A stretch of DNA of 50,663 nucleotides, from positions 1 through 50,663 of the forward strand of contig JBDHRU010000001.1 in NCBI GenBank assembly GCA_039807765.1. The letters are read 5' to 3'. This DNA comes from Nitrosomonas sp. Lineage in GTDB: Bacteria > Pseudomonadota > Gammaproteobacteria > Burkholderiales > Nitrosomonadaceae. Positions within the stretch are counted from its first letter, which is position 1; each line of letters opens with the position of its first letter. The translations under genes and the position numbers were made by a program. This document shows positions 49,482 through 50,663 of the stretch, one piece after another. The notes under the pieces are model-generated. The model was not told where the DNA came from and ran no database searches. It was given only the letters and a program-made list of their open reading frames with translations.

Positions 49482-50415
49482 GTTTGAACTTTAGCATCCG
49501 GTAACAATTTTGCGTTGCGTAGATCAGTACTGTGGCGCTGAAGCGCAGCCATACGCTCAGCGTAATCAACCCCATCAGTATGCTCGGATATTGCTGACGG
49601 AAAAATTTCCGGTAGAAACGCAGCATGCCTTTATGTTTGTGCCAAGCGACGAAGAGTGGCCGCGAGCGACTGCAAGTGCCTTGAAAGTGAGTGACCAGCG
49701 CATCCGGCACAAACATAATTTTCCAGTTTTTTTGCTGGAACCGCAGGCACCAATCCAAATCCTCGCAGTGCAGAAAATATTGTTCGTCCCAAGGGCCGAC
49801 ATCATCGATGGCTTGGCGCCGCACCAGCATCAATGCGCCGGATATCGCTTCAACTTTGACAGGAGTTTGGGGCAAGGGTTGTTTATTCAAATGAAAATCA
49901 AAAAATAACCGTGGCCAGTATTTCTCCAGATGATACAAGCCGAAGGCGCGCACAAAAGCGCGCCACGGCGTCGGGATGGCGCGCCGTCCGCCACCTTGCT
50001 CGGAGCCATCCGGATTAGCAAGGTAACCGCCAACCATGCCGATCCGAGGATCCGATTCCATTACTTGCACCATGCGCTGCAGTGAATTTTCCTGCAGAAG
50101 ACAATCCGGGTTCAAGAAAAGAATATAAGGTTGTGTTGCCGCGCCAAGGCCGGTATTGCAACCGGCGGCAAACCCGGCATTATTATTCAGGCGAATAATC
50201 CGGAGGTGATTATCTGCAGAGAAACTAGATTCAAGCTCTAACAGACTGCGATCAGATGAAGCATTGTCAATGACTAAGACCTGTTCAGCTTGTTGCAAAG
50301 CTGCCTGAACACACTGGGTTAATATTGGGCCGGCGTTATAGTTGACAATTATTGTAGATATGGATTGTTTGCATCGTTCTTTTGTGTCGTGGCAAATTTG
50401 TTGTGGAGCGTGCAT
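49474..50415 (-). CDS. Glycosyltransferase family 2
   Basis: IIVNYN, IDNASSD, GFAAGCN, FLNPD, DEQYFLHCEDLDWC. Confidence 0.92.
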   Translation of the reverse strand: MHAPQQICHDTKERCKQSISTIIVNYNAGPILTQCVQAALQQAEQVLVIDNASSDRSLLELESSFSADNHLRIIRLNNNAGFAAGCNTGLGAATQPYILFLNPDCLLQENSLQRMVQVMESDPRIGMVGGYLANPDGSEQGGGRRAIPTPWRAFVRAFGLYHLEKYWPRLFFDFHLNKQPLPQTPVKVEAISGALMLVRRQAIDDVGPWDEQYFLHCEDLDWCLRFQQKNWKIMFVPDALVTHFQGTCSRSRPLFVAWHKHKGMLRFYRKFFRQQYPSILMGLITLSVWLRFSATVLIYATQNCYRMLKFKHE

Positions 50416-50489
50416 TGTCTATATTCAAATAAGACCACTAGGAGGTGAAATAACTGCTGCTAAGTACTGCCGGTAATTATCTCACAGTG

Positions 50490-50660
50490 TCAATGGGTTG
50501 TATTTTCTAATTTGGTAGGCGCTTTAATAAAAGCCCTGCGTGGCAACCAAGTCATCATCTGGAATAAGCTTAAGCAAGAACAGACCCGCTGAATCTGAAC
50601 TTTTTTCCTTTGTCCCAGTAGCGATCTGATATGACTAAAGGCATCAATTTTAGCTTGCAA
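50490..50660 (-). other. Possible C-terminal fragment of an upstream GT2-like gene
   Basis: Open frame LQAKIDAFSHIRSLLGQRKKVQIQR...TH* preceded in frame by TAA at the window edge. Confidence 0.35.
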
Positions 50661-50663
50661 TTA

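Overview
A chromosomal window from a betaproteobacterium; gene order and protein style suggest Nitrosomonadaceae, which is an inference. The housekeeping backbone is a partial HtrA/DegS protease, a BT1-family transporter, cysM, ybgC-tolQRAB-pal-cpoB-queE-queC, then ridA-like, sbcB, ilvA, a pilJ-like MCP with a chpA-like kinase, a Nudix/TMP-TENI fusion, a DUF815 ATPase and argJ. About 17.5 kb of accessory DNA (10259-27745) interrupts it. That block holds a full Tad/Flp pilus locus on the minus strand, a co-oriented tail of exported proteins including TraT, and a divergent AAA+ ATPase with an MshEN-like N-terminus. The right end has an orphan OmpR-family regulator, a DUF5658-like membrane protein, a PrtDEF-type type I secretion system with no substrate in view, and glycan genes. 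Non-coding signals read from the sequence: (1) a 41-bp operator-like module (29/41 identical, TAGTWC-N4-GWACTA-like sites) shared between the flp/ATPase divergent promoter and the DUF5658 upstream region; (2) a (GATTCGA)6-7 tandem repeat inside the tad locus; (3) IS5-like scars and a MITE; (4) a frameshifted HepT toxin pseudogene. I found no rRNA, tRNA or CRISPR array. Family assignments come from motif recognition only; no searches were run.
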